Source: an uncultured Sphingomonadaceae bacterium (GTDB taxonomy: Bacteria; Pseudomonadota; Alphaproteobacteria; Sphingomonadales; Sphingomonadaceae). From it: a DNA stretch of 55,472 nt. The stretch is from the NCBI GenBank assembly GCA_964632055.1, contig CAZWEY010000001.1, forward strand, positions 1 through 55,472. The letters run 5' to 3'. A program made the position numbers and the translations under genes. Numbering within the stretch: the stretch's first letter is position 1; the number at the start of each line of letters is the position of its first letter. Below, piece by piece: positions 55,123 through 55,472 of this stretch. Below the pieces are notes generated by a model. It was given only the letters and a program-made list of their open reading frames with translations, did not search any database and was not told where the DNA came from.

Positions 55123-55472
55123 ATGGATTTCAGCTACAGCGAAAAGCAGCTCGAATGGATCGAGAAGGTCCGAGGCTTCATGAACGAGGAGGTTCGCCCG
55201 GCCGTCCCGACCTACGAAGCGCAGTTGGCTGAAAACCCTTGGCAACTGCCCGCCGTGGCCGAGGAACTGAAGAAGAAGGCCAAGGCCAAGGGCCTGTGGA
55301 ACCTGTTCCTGCCCCCGCATGGCGATCTGCCCGAAGGCGTGCCGGGGCTTTCCAACCTCGAATATGCGCCGCTTTCAGAAGAAATGGGCCGCATCATCTG
55401 GGCGTCGGAAATCTTCAACTGGTCCGCGCCCGACACCGGCAACATGGAAGTGCTCTATCGCTACGGCACCGA
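55123..55472 (+). CDS. acyl-CoA dehydrogenase (ACAD10/11- or FadE-like), 3' end outside window
   Basis: This ORF is not in the ORF track because it has no stop inside the window. ATG 55123 follows GAAGAAGAGG. My own translation is MDFSYSEKQLEWIEKVRGFMNEEVRPAVPTYEAQLAENPWQLPAVAEELKKKAKAKGLWNLFLP...NMEVLYRYGT, a typical ACAD N-terminus. Confidence 0.85.
   Translation, partial: MDFSYSEKQLEWIEKVRGFMNEEVRPAVPTYEAQLAENPWQLPAVAEELKKKAKAKGLWNLFLPPHGDLPEGVPGLSNLEYAPLSEEMGRIIWASEIFNWSAPDTGNMEVLYRYGT

Overview
GC-rich, almost gap-free bacterial chromosomal window. Gene content and composition suggest an alphaproteobacterium of the Sphingomonadales type, but that is inference and nothing was computed. 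I support about 50 protein-coding genes. I found no rRNA, tRNA, CRISPR array, IS element, integrase or phage genes. There are two parts. (1) nt 1-6796 holds a truncated ABC exporter, a DUF2141-like secreted protein and a compact set of translationally coupled genes: a DAGK-type lipid kinase, a CDP-alcohol phosphatidyltransferase, up to three nucleotidyltransferases and a HIT protein. I cannot map this set onto a textbook lipid pathway, and it is my best candidate for an undescribed system. (2) nt 6808-55472 is a large CoA-thioester catabolic supercluster. It holds 6 acyl-CoA dehydrogenases (two as overlapping or adjacent unequal pairs), 2 crotonases, a thiolase, 7 SDRs, 2 acyl-CoA ligases, 2 KstD-like flavoproteins, a Rieske oxygenase with a Rieske ferredoxin, a P450, an alpha-methylacyl-CoA racemase-like CoA-transferase, an NMO-family flavoenzyme, an OYE, a fused indolepyruvate:ferredoxin-oxidoreductase-family giant, 2 APH-type kinases, 3 NTF2-fold proteins, a membrane PQQ dehydrogenase and 2 paralogous AraC regulators. 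This family mix is most like steroid/bile-acid or other alicyclic or branched-chain acid degradation, with two lva/ACAD10-11-like kinase modules embedded. Non-coding signals are several clear hairpin terminators, a G-quadruplex-type phased G-run array in a divergent promoter, perfect palindromes in regulator-proximal spacers, and a Shine-Dalgarno-led 48-codon upstream ORF. All product calls rest on motif recognition by eye and no database search was possible. Many start codons were moved downstream of the ORF-track starts on RBS, overlap and signal-peptide grounds, and the long antisense ORFs are treated as high-GC shadow ORFs.
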